A stretch of DNA of 61,616 nucleotides, the filler included. It is 8 parts of 8 records of this genome, joined end to end, with 100 filler letters (N's around TTAATTAATTAA, not from the genome) between each part and the next. Parts side by side here need not be neighbours in the genome. Positions count along the whole stretch, not along the records: positions 24,847 to 37,595 come from SRR31147125_21095; positions 37,696 to 43,858 come from SRR31147125_21102; positions 43,959 to 49,519 come from SRR31147125_21117; 5 more parts are not named here. One strand, given 5' to 3'. Both the position numbers and the translations under genes were made by a program. Below are positions 35,001-44,737 of the stretch, in pieces (positions within the stretch are counted from its first letter, which is position 1; every line of letters starts with the position of its first letter). Under the pieces are notes generated by a model. That model saw nothing but the letters and a program-made list of their open reading frames with translations, made no database searches and was not told where the DNA came from.

Positions 35001-37595
35001 GGTGGGCAGTAGTGGCCTCGCGTGCACTCAGTGGGATGGCTGGAGAACCAGGGACAATAGTACCCCCCTGGACACACAGTGGGTTCATCCGTATTTCCCT
35101 CACAATAACTTCCCGCATAGCACGGGATGGGGGATCCAGCATCGCCCTGGGGACAATAGTAGCCCTCAGGACACGGTAAGGCAACTGCAGATCCATTTGA
35201 GCACATGTAGCCACCAGGACACGGCCAACAGTCCGTGAGCGATGCTCCGCCCGTGTCATTACGATATGTGCCTGCCCAACAAGGAATAGCACGATCTGTC
35301 GACTGTGGACAATAGGAAGCAACAGGACACGGGTGAGGATGATAATCGGGCAGGCCAACGTCGTCACACAAATACCCTGAGGGACATGCCGTACAGTTGG
35401 CAAGATTTGTTGCATTCACCACATCACCATATGTGTACAGAGGACATGGGACCGGATCCGATTGACCGGGACAATAGTATCCACGCGGACACAATTGAGG
35501 AATAGGGTCCCCGGGAATGCAGGCGCGACCTGGTGGGCAGGGCCCACAATCGCTGGCTTGTCTTCCTCCTTCTCGTTCGCGTACGGTCCCATTCGTACAC
35601 GGAAGTGGTAAGGTTATTCCCTCGGGACAATAATGTCCTACTGGACATTGTGGTGGACATCTTTCCTGTTCGGCACACATTGATCCATTCACCCAGGTCT
35701 GAGCGGGCTCAGAATACCCCGCGGCACAAAAGAATCCGGCTGTGCATGGGCCTACCACTTCGCCACCTTTGCAGTACCATCCACTCGGACACAGAGAACA
35801 TTGAGACGAACTGGCCAGTCCAAGGGACTGGCCGATGGTGCCGGGTGGACAGAGGGTCGGGAAGGCTGACTCGGCCGTACAGTAGGACCGTAGCGAGCAA
35901 TTGAGCGGAATCGCTGTGGCCCCTGGGCAATAGCTGCCTGCCGGACACGGTTTGCACTCCACTTGCCCCTCTTCATCTTGATACTGCGCACTCGGACAAT
36001 CCACGGGCTGAGGTGTCCCCATAGGACAATAGTGGCCCGCTACACACACATGAGACGAGGGGTTTGGCACATTTTGACCGCCAGGGCAGTAGTATCGCAC
36101 AGCGCAGAGACCTGAGGGTTCTGTGAGACCCGTCTCGTTACAATAGCTGCCTGGTGTGCAGGGAACACAATCTTCAACACGGGCCCCATAGAAACTGGGA
36201 TTCATAGTTCCTTGAGGACACGGCGTAGGTGCCAACGTGCCATTTGTGCAATAATGACCCGGAGGACAAGGCCCATTCCCGGGATATCCAGGAAAGAGAG
36301 GGTCGGGCGTGTCGGCACCTCCATTGCAGAAGTATCCTGCATGACACGGTCCGGCAGCGTGTGTTTGTCCTTCTGCCTCACAGTACATGCCCGCAGGACA
36401 CGGTTGACACTCTGTTTCGTTCCCTAGACCCACACGATCACCAAGGGTGCCTGGTGGACAGGGGACAGGGGGCTGATCGTGGGCCCCACTGCCCGGTGGG
36501 CAGTAGAAACCAAGCGGACAGGGTTCGGCTATCGTCATGTTTTCCCACGGACACCATCGGCCCAACGGACACGTATCGCATGTAGAGGCACCCGCGTCCG
36601 GCTGATACGTCCCGGCCGGACAAACGGTTTCTTTGTGTACACCTGGGAAACAGAACGAACCTGGTGAACAGAGATCACCGCAGGGCAATCCAATAGGTCG
36701 TGATGTTGTACAGCCACTACGGCACAGATGACCTCCCTCGCACGGGCCTGTGTAGCCTTCTGTGTTGTTCTCCCCTACTGTCACCAATCCTGGAGCATTA
36801 CAATAGTACCCGGCCGGGCATGGCAAACATTCATCGACCGACTGAGCACCCGTGAAATTGGCATACGTCCCGGGTGGGCACAGTCGAAACCCTGGGGATC
36901 CTTCTGGACAATATGCCCCAGTTGGACATTCCCCACCCACACCCTCGGACGTCGGCATGGGTGAGGCCGCTCCAAGTGTGCAGAAGAAGCCCGGAAGACA
37001 GAGTCCACTGGGTGCCTGCAGTCCCGTATCACTGCAATAGTATCCAGGGGAGCATGGCGTGCAATCTTCTACAGCTTTGAGATTCGTTTGGTTACTGAAC
37101 GTTCCGGGAGGGCAAGGCCATGCAACTGCGTGTGTCGTATTGGATGGACAATAATATCCAGTTGGACAATCCAGGGGCAGGAAGGTTCCGTTGAAGGGAC
37201 AGTAGAAGCCAGGGGGACAGGACTTGCAAACACCCTCCCCGGGATCGTCTTGATACGTACCCGCGGGGCATGGGAGAGGAAGCGAGCTTCCGGATGGGCA
37301 TTGGTGGCCAATCGGACACGGAACGCCCACAGCACTCTGTTGTCCACTCGAACAGTATGTACCCGTAACACATTCTTCGTCGGGATAGGCAAGACCCTTG
37401 ACTACACATGCCCAGCCCGGCAAGCACGGCTTGCACTCGGACACATGGGCGAGGCCTGTGACATCAGAATACGTTCCCGCAGGACATTGTTCATACCAGA
37501 CACTCGCTGCCGGGCAAAACGCCCCTCTAGGGCAAACATCTCCACCCATTCCTGCAGGTGTTGCTGACGCGGCTCCTCCATCACAATAGTAGCCA
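29023..37595 (-). CDS. Giant eukaryotic single-pass membrane protein, 5'-truncated: GCC2/GCC3-like Cys repeats, juxtamembrane globular domain, TM helix, long coiled coil, C-terminal globular domain
   Basis: ORFs 34640-37549, 29991-34835 and 29023-30231 join through a 1-nt indel (~34705) and a 59-nt GT-AG intron (30131-30189); dozens of CPxGxYC repeats; TM WVLLGSLMGITVLVTCAVIAVL (~33500-33570); E/R/K/Q-rich heptad region. Confidence 0.88.
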
Positions 37596-37695
37596 NNNNN
37601 NNNNNNNNNNNNNNNNNNNNNNNNNNNNNNNNNNNNNNNTTAATTAATTAANNNNNNNNNNNNNNNNNNNNNNNNNNNNNNNNNNNNNNNNNNNN
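37596..37695. other. Artificial contig linker
   Basis: 44 N + TTAATTAATTAA + 44 N. Confidence 0.99.
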
Positions 37696-37697
37696 GT

Positions 37698-38039
37698 TTC
37701 TTCGCCTGGCTCTATACGCTGGCAATCAACCACGCCAGGGATTGGGCGAAGAAAAGGCAAAGAGAAGGGTGGAAACGGCAACACGCTTTCGACGTGCAGG
37801 TGAACGAAGGTTCGGTGTCTCTCGAGGAAGCCGTGGACAGGAAGGCTGCCATGGAGGCGCTTGGTGTCGCGCTGGAAACCCTTCCGCAGGATCGTGTAGA
37901 GCTCGTCGTCCTGCGTTACCGGTACGAACGCCCCATAAAGGAGATTGCGGAGATTTTTGGAATCTCCCAGAGTGCGGTCAAGATGCGGCTGCAGCGGACA
38001 TTGCGTGAGTTGTCCGAGCAACTAAAAGAACGAAGATAG
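37698..38039 (+). CDS. ECF RNA polymerase sigma factor, 5'-truncated
   Basis: Region 2 FFAWLYTLAINHARDW; region 4 LETLP...VVLRY...IKEIAEIFGISQSAVKMRLQR. Confidence 0.92.
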   Translation, partial: FFAWLYTLAINHARDWAKKRQREGWKRQHAFDVQVNEGSVSLEEAVDRKAAMEALGVALETLPQDRVELVVLRYRYERPIKEIAEIFGISQSAVKMRLQRTLRELSEQLKERR

Positions 38040-38060
38040 CAGATACAATAGCAGATACCT

Positions 38061-39218
38061 ATGAAAACTGAGTCGTTGACGGAAGAAGAACAGGAACTGA
38101 TTGAGCTGATCGGAACGATCCCGCTCGAACCTGTTCCCGCAGACCTGAAATTCCGGGTCATGCAGCGGGTTTCACGGAGAAGACTTTCTGTCGTTTCGGC
38201 TCTCCGGGAGCTTTTTCTGCGGCCTCACCGGTTTGAGATGCGTCCCGTTTATGGGCTTGCGCTGGTAGTCCTGGTGCTGGTTTCTTTCACCGCGGGCAAA
38301 CACTGGCAACTCCAGACGGTGTCGAATTCCGGTGAACAGGTGGCAGAACCGTCCCCGGTCCCCGCACATATCGATAATCCGTATGTTTCCTACTCCATGG
38401 GGCGTGCACTCTTGCTGACCGGTGGAAAAGAGGACGAGGCGTTGTCGTTCTTGAAGCGGGCTGCCCTGCTCGAACCGGACAACCCCGAATTTGCCTATTG
38501 GGAGGGCGTTGCATGCTGGTCAAATGGTCGCAGCGGGGATGAGCGAGACAGCTATTACAGGGGACTGAAGGTCGATCCCGAAAATCTGTCCCTGCTGATA
38601 AACCTCGGACACAGCTATCTCGGGGACGGCCATTACCATGATGCGCTGGAGGTTTACCGTAGTGTACTCAGGGTGTCGCCCGTCCACCCGGTCGCCACCT
38701 ACAACAGCGGGCTGATCTATCGAAAGCTTGGCTTGACGGATGAAGAGATACGCTCCTGGAAGAGCTATCTCGCCGAGAGTCGAATGGGCGAGCAGGCATT
38801 CAGGGCGGTGGATCGGCTTAACGCATACGGGGATTACACGTTTCGGACCTATCGGGTAGGCCCCCGCAGGGTTATCATCGATCACCAGGTGTTGATTGAT
38901 GATTCACTTCCAGGCTGGAAGCGCAACCAGGAGATCGCGGCAATAGCCGCGATCATGGAGAAGAATCCCCGCCTGAGTCTCGAGATCGTTGTGTTCGATG
39001 ACGGCGATACGAAGAAGGCCCGGGCGAAGGCACGTGAGCTCAAACATGAAATGATTCAGGCGGGAGGAGCCGGGGTGGAGCCGCGAGTGCACATCAGCTG
39101 GTTCGGGCAGCCTGAAATGGTCCAAAACGATAACAGCGATGATGTAACAGAAATTTCTGAGGCAATACTCATGTTCAGTCGTCTGAAAGCGATTAACCGG
39201 GAGGTAAAAACGATATGA
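38061..39218 (+). CDS. Putative anti-sigma factor: cytoplasmic N-terminus, one TM, TPR repeats, degenerate OmpA-like C-terminal domain
   Basis: Directly follows the ECF gene; PVPADLKFRVM then TM YGLALVVLVLVSF; TPRs (LLINLGHSYL, ATYNSGLIY); C-terminal IAAIMEKNPRLSLEIVV...RVHISWFGQPE. Confidence 0.7.
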   Translation: MKTESLTEEEQELIELIGTIPLEPVPADLKFRVMQRVSRRRLSVVSALRELFLRPHRFEMRPVYGLALVVLVLVSFTAGKHWQLQTVSNSGEQVAEPSPVPAHIDNPYVSYSMGRALLLTGGKEDEALSFLKRAALLEPDNPEFAYWEGVACWSNGRSGDERDSYYRGLKVDPENLSLLINLGHSYLGDGHYHDALEVYRSVLRVSPVHPVATYNSGLIYRKLGLTDEEIRSWKSYLAESRMGEQAFRAVDRLNAYGDYTFRTYRVGPRRVIIDHQVLIDDSLPGWKRNQEIAAIAAIMEKNPRLSLEIVVFDDGDTKKARAKARELKHEMIQAGGAGVEPRVHISWFGQPEMVQNDNSDDVTEISEAILMFSRLKAINREVKTI

Positions 39219-40390
39219 AAAAGAGCATACGGGTGTGGGCACTGATGGCCGCAATAGCACTGATCTCGCCGCCGCTGTTGATGGCAGCCGATGAAGATCC
39301 GGTAGAACCGAGCTTCACTAATCCAGCCCAGGCGAAGCATGCCGAGAATCTGGCTGAGAATTCATTCGGAGAAGGTGACGTGGAGGCGGCAGCATTGGAG
39401 AACTATGCGGATGATACCGCTCCAGCGCAGGCCGAGGAGGAGATAGAAGCACTTGTTACGGAGGCCGCTTTGAACGCTTACGCGACAAGTATGGCAGTAG
39501 CTACGGGTTCTGCTCCCGAATCGGACGAGTACAAGGCGGCATATCAGACTGCATATGATGAAGCCACGCTCTTAGAACAAGCCGAACTCATGGGTTTTCC
39601 CGAATACCAGCAAACTTACGATGCTGCATGGGCCCGTGCGAGAGGTGAGGGCTGGGAAGATCCGAACGAGATCGATACAGCGTTCGAGGCCGCGGTTGAG
39701 CGGAGCAAAGCGGGTATCATCGCAGATGGAACAATTCCTGAAGACCTTTACCAGGGCTATTACGACGCTGCCTTTGCCGGGCTGGTAGGCGAGAATCTGG
39801 CACAGATCCACGCAATGCGTTATGAAGACAAGAAGGGCTGGGGGCTGATTGCAAAAGAGCTGGGGATCGACCCGAAGGTTCTTGGCCTCGGCCATACGAA
39901 GAAGCTCGAAATGACTGGAGCAGAGGCGGGTCCGGAAGCAGATCCGCTGGAAGAGGAAATCAAGGCAGCGACCCGGCGCAATGTCCAGACCGGGTGGGAA
40001 AACGGCAAAGGAAACACCAATCGAAACAACGAGAAAGAATCCCAGGATGTTGCTGTTGCCAGTGGTTTTGATGAGGGCGACGACGAGAAAAGTAATAACG
40101 GGAAAAGCTCAGCAAGCAGTAATGCGGGAACCAGCAACAGCAATAGCTCTTCAAACAGCAATTCGGGGAACAACAGCAATAGCAGCAGTTCCGCGAACAG
40201 TAATTCCAACAGCAGCAATAACAGCAATAGCAACAGTTCCGCAAACAGCAGCGCGGACAAGAGCAACAACGGAAAGAGTTCTGCCAGCAGCAATGGGAAC
40301 AGCAATTCCAATAGCAACAATAGCAGCAACGCGAACAGCAATTCCTCGAAGGAAAAGTCAAACAATGGAAAAGCTGTCGGAAAACAATAG
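39215..40390 (+). CDS. Secreted acidic protein with GWGLIAKELG motif and Asn/Ser low-complexity tail
   Basis: Sec signal MKKSIRVWALMAAIALISPPLLMA; GGAGG ribosome-binding site; ATGA overlap with the upstream gene; ~100 aa N/S-rich tail. Confidence 0.8.
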   Translation: MKKSIRVWALMAAIALISPPLLMAADEDPVEPSFTNPAQAKHAENLAENSFGEGDVEAAALENYADDTAPAQAEEEIEALVTEAALNAYATSMAVATGSAPESDEYKAAYQTAYDEATLLEQAELMGFPEYQQTYDAAWARARGEGWEDPNEIDTAFEAAVERSKAGIIADGTIPEDLYQGYYDAAFAGLVGENLAQIHAMRYEDKKGWGLIAKELGIDPKVLGLGHTKKLEMTGAEAGPEADPLEEEIKAATRRNVQTGWENGKGNTNRNNEKESQDVAVASGFDEGDDEKSNNGKSSASSNAGTSNSNSSSNSNSGNNSNSSSSANSNSNSSNNSNSNSSANSSADKSNNGKSSASSNGNSNSNSNNSSNANSNSSKEKSNNGKAVGKQ

Positions 40391-40429
40391 AGGCGTCTAA
40401 AGCTAAGCCGGCCTGAGGGTCGGCAAAGC

Positions 40430-40466
40430 AAAAAGCCGGTCAGCATGAGCTGACCGGCTTTATTTT
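40430..40466. terminator. Bidirectional Rho-independent terminator
   Basis: AAAAAGCCGGTCAGC-ATGA-GCTGACCGGCTTTATTTT between convergent genes. Confidence 0.85.
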
Positions 40467-40492
40467 ATCGGTGGCTCATCCGTGTCCGACAG

Positions 40493-41836
40493 TTACAAAA
40501 TGTTACTTGCCAGTTCGGCAAGTTCCGAGCGTTCCCCCTTCTTCAGGTCGACATGGGCGTAGATATGCTGGCCCTGCATTTTGTCGATCAGGTTGCTCAG
40601 CCCGTTTGAGAGGCTGCCCAGGTAGGGGTGGTCGATCTGGTTGATGTCACCGGTGAACACCACCTTGGTGCCTTCCCCCGCCCGCGTGATGATGGTTTTT
40701 ACCTCGTGGGGCGTCAGGTTCTGGGCCTCGTCGACGATCATGTACATCTTCACCAGGCTGCGGCCGCGAATGTAGGCCAGCGGTTCGATGGCGAGCTTTT
40801 CTTCGTCCTGCATCTTCTGGAGCCGTTGAAACATCTCGCTCTTTTCCGGGAACTGCCCGCGTATCACCCCGAGGTTGTCGTAGAGCGGCTGCATGTATGG
40901 GCCGATCTTCGACTGGATGTCGCCCGGCAGAAAGCCGATATCTTTATTGGAGAGCGGCATGACCGGTCGGGTGAGCAGGATCTGCCGGTACTGCGAGCGC
41001 ATCTCAAGTGCCGCGGCGAGCGCCAGCAGGGTCTTGCCGGTCCCGGCCTTGCCGGAGATCGTCACCAGCTTGATCTCGGGGTTGAGCAGCGCGGACACGG
41101 CAAACGACTGCTCGGCGTTGCGCGGCGTGATTCCATAGACGTTGTCCTTGCTGACCCGCCTGATCACGAACTCGTTTTCCAGCGCACCGGGCACGAAGGC
41201 GGCGAGCGCCGATTTTTTACCGTTGCGCAACACCATGAACTCGTTGGGACGAAACGGCGGGTCCGGGCTGTACTCCTCGGAGGTGATATGTCCGTCGTGC
41301 ACGAACAGCTTCTCGATCAAGGTCGAATCGATATCTTCCTCGAGACGACAGCCGGAATAGAGCTGGTCCGGGTCGCGCACATGGTCGGTGGTGTAATCTT
41401 CCGCCATCAGGTGCACCGAGCGCGCCTTCATGCGCAGGTTCACGTCCTTGCTCACCAGGATCACCGCGTGGTTCTTTTTTTCCTGTGCTATATGGTAGGC
41501 GGTGTTAAGAATTCGGTGGTCCGGGCTGCTGAGATTGGGAAAGATATTGACCAGATCGGGGTGCGCGACTTTTTCAAGGCGCACGGATATTCGCCCCTTG
41601 TCTTCGCCCAGTGATAGTCCGCCGTTGAACAGCTTGTTGGCGCTGAGGTCGTCAAGCTCCCGCACGAATTCACGGGCGTGGAAATTGATGGTCTGCGTGC
41701 CTTTCTTGAACTGGTCGAGCTCTTCGAGAACCGTTATCGGGATGATGATGTCGTGTTCGTCGAAATTGTGAATGCAGGTTGAGTCGTGGAGGATTACGTT
41801 GGTGTCGAGAATGAAGATCTTTTTGTCGTCGGGCAT
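40493..41836 (-). CDS. PIN domain-PhoH ATPase fusion (PhoH2/YlaK-like)
   Basis: PIN ILDTNVILHD and SKDVNLRMKA; Walker A GKAGTGKT; YIRGRS, DEAQNL and GDINQID motifs. Confidence 0.95.
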   Translation of the reverse strand: MPDDKKIFILDTNVILHDSTCIHNFDEHDIIIPITVLEELDQFKKGTQTINFHAREFVRELDDLSANKLFNGGLSLGEDKGRISVRLEKVAHPDLVNIFPNLSSPDHRILNTAYHIAQEKKNHAVILVSKDVNLRMKARSVHLMAEDYTTDHVRDPDQLYSGCRLEEDIDSTLIEKLFVHDGHITSEEYSPDPPFRPNEFMVLRNGKKSALAAFVPGALENEFVIRRVSKDNVYGITPRNAEQSFAVSALLNPEIKLVTISGKAGTGKTLLALAAALEMRSQYRQILLTRPVMPLSNKDIGFLPGDIQSKIGPYMQPLYDNLGVIRGQFPEKSEMFQRLQKMQDEEKLAIEPLAYIRGRSLVKMYMIVDEAQNLTPHEVKTIITRAGEGTKVVFTGDINQIDHPYLGSLSNGLSNLIDKMQGQHIYAHVDLKKGERSELAELASNIL

Positions 41837-41968
41837 AGTGTTGTCTGAATTGATGAAATGGATCCTGAAAGTGTCCGGCTGTTCGACCGGCTGAACGTCC
41901 AAATTGCAGAATCTACAAGCAGAATCTACGTGATAGTGATCACCTCCCGATGTCGTTGTTTATTTTTG

Positions 41969-43686
41969 TTATACCAGAATTGGCTTGTCGATGTAACGAT
42001 TTCGTTTGCTCTCCTTCAACTTTTCGATATCGACGATCACCAGTCCGTCGACGCAGTTGTTGAAGGCGGGGTCGATATTGAAATCGAGAAAGATTACGCC
42101 ACCCGGCTCGCAGAGCTCCGTGTATTGCTTGTAGAGAGGCGGAACACTTGTGCCGAGGTTGGCCAGCAGCGATTTCAACTTCCGGAAATCCCTCTTGTAG
42201 TCGGTACCGCTGAATACCTTGTCCAGCTCGCTGATCGGCTCGGAAAAGCTGAACGGGTTCCGGGAGCAGGATATGTCTGAACCGGGCGAGAAATAAAGCT
42301 TGTAGAAATAGATCAGCAGCTCACGGGCCATCTGCGGCATCGCGTTTGAGATGGATACCGGACCGAACAGGTAGCGGTAGTGGGGATTGCCTGCCAGGTA
42401 CGCGCCGATGCCAAACCACAGGTAGCCGAGGCCCCGTTTGCCCCAGTAGCGGGGCTGGACGAAACTGCGACCGAGCTCGAGGCCGTTTTCGAGAAAGGTG
42501 GAGCGGTGAGCATCGAGCGTGAACAGTGAGCCAGTGTAGAGTCCACGGGCCCCTTTTTCCGCCACCACGGTGCCGGCATCGACGAAGCGATAGGCCCCGG
42601 CGATCTCGAGCTCGTCCTCGTCCCACAGGATCAGGTGCTGGTAGTAGTGGTCGAAGTGGTCGAGGTCGCGGCGCTTGCCGGTGCCCTCGCCAACTGCACG
42701 GAAACTGACCTCCCGGAGCCGGCCGATCTCGCGCAGTACTGGTGACGACTCCGCCGTTTCGAACAGGAAAATGGATTTGCCGTCCGGCGTCCTGCCGAGC
42801 ATTTTACCACTGTGTACCGCTTTTTTGAGGTCGGCCTTGCGCTCGGGGCGGGCGATAGCCGTCTCGGTGGCAATGAGCCCCGATTTGCCGGCGCCGATGC
42901 GGTACAGGTGTCTCTTGAGCAGTTTGATCTTTTCCTTCGTGGGGATCGGTAGGCTGCGGTACGACTGATACGGGATGATGGAGCCGATTTTCATCGTTAT
43001 CTCCTTCTCCTGTTGGTGAAACATCTGCCCGACCAGCATCAGTGTGGAGAGCGGCTTGGCCAGCCAGGAGGCGACATAGAACGACGTCGAGTTGTGTCCG
43101 CCGATGTGGATCGGCAGGATCGGTGCCTTCGCCCGCTGCGCCATTTTAAGAAAGCCCTGGAACCAGACGCCGTCCCGCACCCCGGACGGGCCGAGGCGCG
43201 ACACCTCGCCGGACGGGAAGATGATGACCGCCTCGCCGGCCTCGAGCGAGCGGTGAACTTGCGAATGTGCTCCTTGCCGCTCGACCCGGTCAGCACGCGC
43301 ACCGGCAGCAGCAGGGAGCGGAGCGGCTCCAGGGACATGAGGAGGTCGTTGGCGACGATTTTTACGTCAGAGCGGGTGTCGTGGATCAGTTTCAGCAGCG
43401 CGAGGCCGTCAAGCGAGCCGATCGGGTGGTTGGCGATAATCATCACCTTGCCCGTCGGCGGGATATTCTCCCGCTCCTTGTCCGAGACCGCGTAGCTGAA
43501 ACTGAAGTAGTCGAGGACCTGCTCGACGAATTCGATGCCCTGCAGGTGTGGATACTCCTCGGCGAAATCGAGAAAGACCTGCTCGTGCAGCAGGCGACGC
43601 AGGATCGGCTTGGCGATCGTAGAGGCAATCTTCCGATCGTTGAGGGTGGGGTAGTGCTCAGCTATGACCTGATCGACACGAAACAT
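41969..43686 (-). CDS. olsF: PlsC-type acyltransferase plus GNAT fusion, OlsF-like amino-lipid synthase (frameshift at ~43258)
   Basis: ANHPIGSLDG and IFPSGEVSR (acyltransferase); EIGRLREVSFRAVGEG, DLDHFD, LELGRSF and FNNCVDG (GNAT). Confidence 0.8.
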
Positions 43687-43858
43687 GCTTCGTTCATCCT
43701 GCGAAAAACGATGGCACCGGCGAGTGACGTCCGAGACGGTGCTGTTTGTTGACGATTGCGGCTGTAACGATACTCAATGTCCCGAATCGTGTGTAGAGAT
43801 GGGAGCAGCGCGCGGTGCAGGTGCAGCTGCTTGCCATCGACGCGGTGCGGCGGCCGTT

Positions 43859-43958
43859 NNNNNNNNNNNNNNNNNNNNNNNNNNNNNNNNNNNNNNNNNN
43901 NNTTAATTAATTAANNNNNNNNNNNNNNNNNNNNNNNNNNNNNNNNNNNNNNNNNNNN
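43859..43958. other. Artificial contig linker
   Basis: 44 N + TTAATTAATTAA + 44 N. Confidence 0.99.
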
Positions 43959-43960
43959 TA

Positions 43961-44044
43961 GATCCTCGGATCAAGTCCGAGGATGACAGGGACGCCAACA
44001 TTTTTCTGGATTGCCGCATCGCCCGACAGGCTCCTCGCAATGAC
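43961..44044. repeat. Two REP/RPE-like palindromic elements, both ending in ATGAC
   Basis: Perfect hairpin ATCCTCGGA-TCAAG-TCCGAGGAT followed by GAC, and GGATTGC...CTCGCAATGAC; GC-rich in an AT-rich contig. Confidence 0.65.
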
Positions 44045-44050
44045 AAATAA

Positions 44051-44731
44051 TTAGGCAACAAAACCCTCAACAACCAAGGTTATCTCACCTTTTATTGTCT
44101 TATCTTTCAGATCATCTAAAAGCAAAGTCAGCTTGGTATGTCTGATATCTTCATGCATCTTAGTTAGTTCACGACAATAACATATTCTTCTATCACCCAA
44201 GACTTCGATCATATCGATAAGAGTCTTTTCAACCTTCCACTTCGAGATATAAAAGATCAATGTAGACTTTTCACTTACGAGTTCCTCAAGTTTCTTTTTT
44301 CTCTTACCCTGTTTATCAGGAAGAAAACCAACAAAAAGAAACCTATCAGACGGAAGACCAGAGACAGAAAGCGCAGCCATTGCAGCCGTCACACCAGGAA
44401 TGGGAATAACTTCTATCTCAGCTTCAACAGCAGCCGAAATCAACCTATACCCAGGATCGGAAACCGTGGGGGTTCCAGCATCACTAACAACAGCAAGATC
44501 ACCACCATTTAAAATATACTCAACAAGCGATCCAGATTTTCCGGATTCGTTGTAATTATGATAACTAGTCACTTTTGTATGAATATCAAAATGGTTAAGT
44601 AGCTTTTTTGTATGACGAGTATCTTCCGTTGCAATTAGAGAGACCGATTCAAGAGTTTGAACAGCCCTTGGAGTCATATCACTAAGATTGCCTATTGGTG
44701 TTGCGACCACATAGAGTTTCCCTGCGCTCAT
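44051..44731 (-). CDS. rsmI: 16S rRNA (C1402) 2'-O-methyltransferase
   Basis: LYVVATPIGNL, EDTRHT, SDAGTPTVSDPG and RELTKMHE motifs. Confidence 0.97.
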   Translation of the reverse strand: MSAGKLYVVATPIGNLSDMTPRAVQTLESVSLIATEDTRHTKKLLNHFDIHTKVTSYHNYNESGKSGSLVEYILNGGDLAVVSDAGTPTVSDPGYRLISAAVEAEIEVIPIPGVTAAMAALSVSGLPSDRFLFVGFLPDKQGKRKKKLEELVSEKSTLIFYISKWKVEKTLIDMIEVLGDRRICYCRELTKMHEDIRHTKLTLLLDDLKDKTIKGEITLVVEGFVA

Positions 44732-44737
44732 ATTACC

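Noticed and set aside
34640..37595. Cys repeats as a DNA array or DGR-type template/variable repeat
   Set aside because: Repetition is at protein level with diverged codons; no reverse transcriptase or adenine-specific repeat pair was seen.
38036..38058. ATAGCAGATAC direct repeat between the sigma and anti-sigma genes
   Set aside because: Only two 11-nt copies; most likely a small duplication, no function can be supported.
39820..40446. Leu-rich and Cys-rich minus-strand ORFs (208 aa, 133 aa)
   Set aside because: Antisense shadows of the AAC/AGC-rich tail of the real plus-strand gene.
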